In this document: piece by piece, positions 14,870 to 16,120 of the stretch
Position numbering within the stretch: the first letter of the stretch is position 1
How the letters are laid out: each line of letters starts with the position of its first letter
From: Leidyana gryllorum EB-2025a
Taxonomy: Eukaryota; Protista; Apicomplexa
DNA length: 16,120 nt
Assembly: GCA_048772705.1 (NCBI GenBank)
Contig: JBLWGC010000214.1
Span: 1 to 16,120 of the forward strand
Direction: 5' to 3'
Notes under the pieces: model-generated
Databases searched by the model: none
The model's input: the letters and a program-made list of their open reading frames with translations, nothing else
Told to the model about the DNA's origin: nothing
Program-made: the position numbers and the translations under genes

Positions 14870-14949
14870 GGCAAGATGGCCGAGTGGTCTAAGGCGCTGT
14901 GTTAAGGCCGCAGTCCGAAAGGGCGTGGGTTCGAATCCCACTCTTGTCA
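14870..14949 (+). tRNA. tRNA-Leu(AAG)
   Basis: Intact cloverleaf with long variable arm. Confidence 0.95.
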
Positions 14950-15009
14950 ACCGTTGTATCGGCACTCGGTCAGCCACTGGATGCAAAAGGTTTTCCATGT
15001 AGAGCGGAT

Positions 15010-15082
15010 GGGCGGCTAGCTCAGATGGTAGAGCGCTCGCTTTGCATGCGAGAGGTACTGGGATCGATACCCAGGTCGTCCA
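15010..15082 (+). tRNA. tRNA-Ala(TGC)
   Basis: G3:U70, loop TT-TGC-AT, T-loop ATCGATA; intact. Confidence 0.95.
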
Positions 15083-15094
15083 AACTCAGTAGGG

Positions 15095-15143
15095 CGACTT
15101 TGTGGTAAACAGCTACACGCTTTGCCGACTGAGCTACAAGACG
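15095..15143 (-). pseudogene. tRNA-Asn 5' fragment
   Basis: Matches 9075-9123; T arm absent. Confidence 0.7.
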
Positions 15144-15269
15144 CAGTTGCAATGTTCTTCCAAGCGAGGAAAAATCATACCTGCAGACCAAACAGCCCCT
15201 GGTCGGGCCTCGTGCCGAAGCTTGTCAGCGTCTCTGTCAATCTGCCACGGCTGTTTGAGGCGTGCCTCC

Positions 15270-15340
15270 TGCGTCTGCCGGGAATCGAACCTGGGTCGTC
15301 TCGGTGGCAACGACACATTCTACCACTAGACCACAGATGC
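15270..15340 (-). tRNA. tRNA-Gly(GCC)
   Basis: Loop TT-GCC-AC, T-loop TTCGATT; A3.C70 mismatch. Confidence 0.8.
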
Positions 15341-15436
15341 ATGACTCGTTGTTGTTCAAGCTCGTGCACAATAATGGCCGTTTTGCTTCAAATGAGAAGA
15401 CAGCATCGAGTTGAGCGAGTATGACGGGTAGTTTGT

Positions 15437-15508
15437 GGGTACGTAGCTCAGTGGTAGAGCAGCTGACTGCAGATCAGCAAGTCCGTGGTTCAACTCCGCG
15501 CGTGCCCT
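15437..15508 (+). tRNA. tRNA-Cys(GCA)
   Basis: GGGTACG/CGTGCCC acceptor, GCTGA-CTGCAGA-TCAGC arm, U73. Confidence 0.95.
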
Positions 15509-15589
15509 GAAGATGGTTTGGAACGATCGGAGATGTTGGACCTCCATTCCTGACCACAAGGCAATTAGTTTGGAACGGGAGATGGTTTT

Positions 15590-15661
15590 GGGCCTATGGC
15601 GCAATGGTAGCGCGTCTGACTCCAGATCAGAAGGTTGGGTGTTCGAATCACTCTGGGCTCA
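15590..15661 (+). tRNA. tRNA-Trp(CCA)
   Basis: GGGCCTA/TGGGCTC acceptor, TCTGA-CTCCAGA-TCAGA arm. Confidence 0.94.
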
Positions 15662-15697
15662 ACCGTACTCTATGTTTTTCCCGTTTGGGGCGCAACC

Positions 15698-15777
15698 TGA
15701 CAAAAGTGGGATTCGAACCCACGACCTTTCGGACTCCGGTCTGAGCACAGCGCCTCAGACCACTTGGTCATCTTGCC
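15698..15777 (-). pseudogene. Degenerate tRNA-Leu(CAG)
   Basis: Collinear with 3268-3347, with many substitutions. Confidence 0.77.
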
Positions 15778-15870
15778 GGGATGTTGTTGGCTCGCCGCTC
15801 CACGCGTTTTCTATCCCTGGAATCTCAAGATGGAAGGACTTTTGGGGTTTCAGGCCGGTGTGTTGGAGCG

Positions 15871-15942
15871 TCCGAGATAGTATAGTGGTTAGTATTTCCG
15901 CCTGTCACGCGGAAGACCCGGGTCCGATTCCCGGTCTCGGAG
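15871..15942 (+). tRNA. tRNA-Asp(GTC), T55C variant
   Basis: Full cloverleaf; T-loop TCCGATT. Confidence 0.8.
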
Positions 15943-16079
15943 CAGTTCCAGCCCTCACAACGGGTGCAACTCAGATTTTGTCTCAGCTGGTCTGGACTTC
16001 ATTCGGGATTGTACGAGTGGGAGCCGCGTATAGTAGCCGACCTTGGAGAGACGTGGCATTGAGTCAACAACTATCAGAC

Positions 16080-16120
16080 GGGCTGTTCTGAGAATCGGAC
16101 CCAGGACTTCTTCCACCCGA
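16080..16120 (-). pseudogene. tRNA-Pro(CGG) 3' part, runs off the window
   Basis: Reverse complement TCGGGTGGAAGAAGTCCTGGGTCCGATTCTCAGAACAGCCC. Confidence 0.7.

Noticed and set aside
15590-15661. tRNA-Trp as a UGA read-through tRNA supporting stop-codon reassignment
   Set aside because: It has an ordinary CCA anticodon and a full 5-bp anticodon stem, not the shortened 4-bp stem associated with UGA decoding
10-16091. All ORFs in the six-frame track (60-192 aa)
   Set aside because: They overlap tRNA cloverleafs, many start at GTG/TTG, recurring peptides (GIEP, GSIP, GFEP) are translations of T-loops, and frames are not conserved between repeat copies
1-16120. Bacterial or phage tRNA array, or CRISPR-like repeat-spacer array
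   Set aside because: The tRNAs have eukaryotic identity features and mixed strands, and the spacers are homologous between copies rather than unique

Overview
The window is almost certainly non-coding. It is a very dense array of about 95 eukaryotic-type tRNA genes, tRNA pseudogenes and fragments on both strands (about one per 170 bp). The array is built from repeatedly duplicated, inverted, deleted and reshuffled tRNA-plus-spacer modules. Eukaryotic nuclear hallmarks are visible: no encoded CCA, A34 (inosine) anticodons for Ala/Val/Thr/Pro/Leu/Ser/Arg/Ile, initiator Met with A1-U72 and an ATCGAAA T-loop, Tyr with C1-G72 and an intron at 37/38, and His without G-1. All 20 amino-acid families are represented (Met only as initiator, Ile only as a decayed copy). 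Points of most interest: (i) the same gene slot, with the same flanks, carries different isoacceptor anticodons in different repeat copies, in line with the eukaryotic wobble rule; (ii) a 306-bp TG...CA insert with a 5-bp target-site duplication lies just upstream of a tRNA-Ala and is a candidate solo LTR of a tRNA-targeting retroelement; (iii) there is a tRNA-Gln with an amber (CUA) anticodon, 7-nt tRNA-Tyr introns, two micro-inversions, and a near absence of oligo-T Pol III terminators. The ORF track is attributed to chance read-through of tRNA sequence. All calls were folded by eye; ends of pseudogenes and repeats are approximate.
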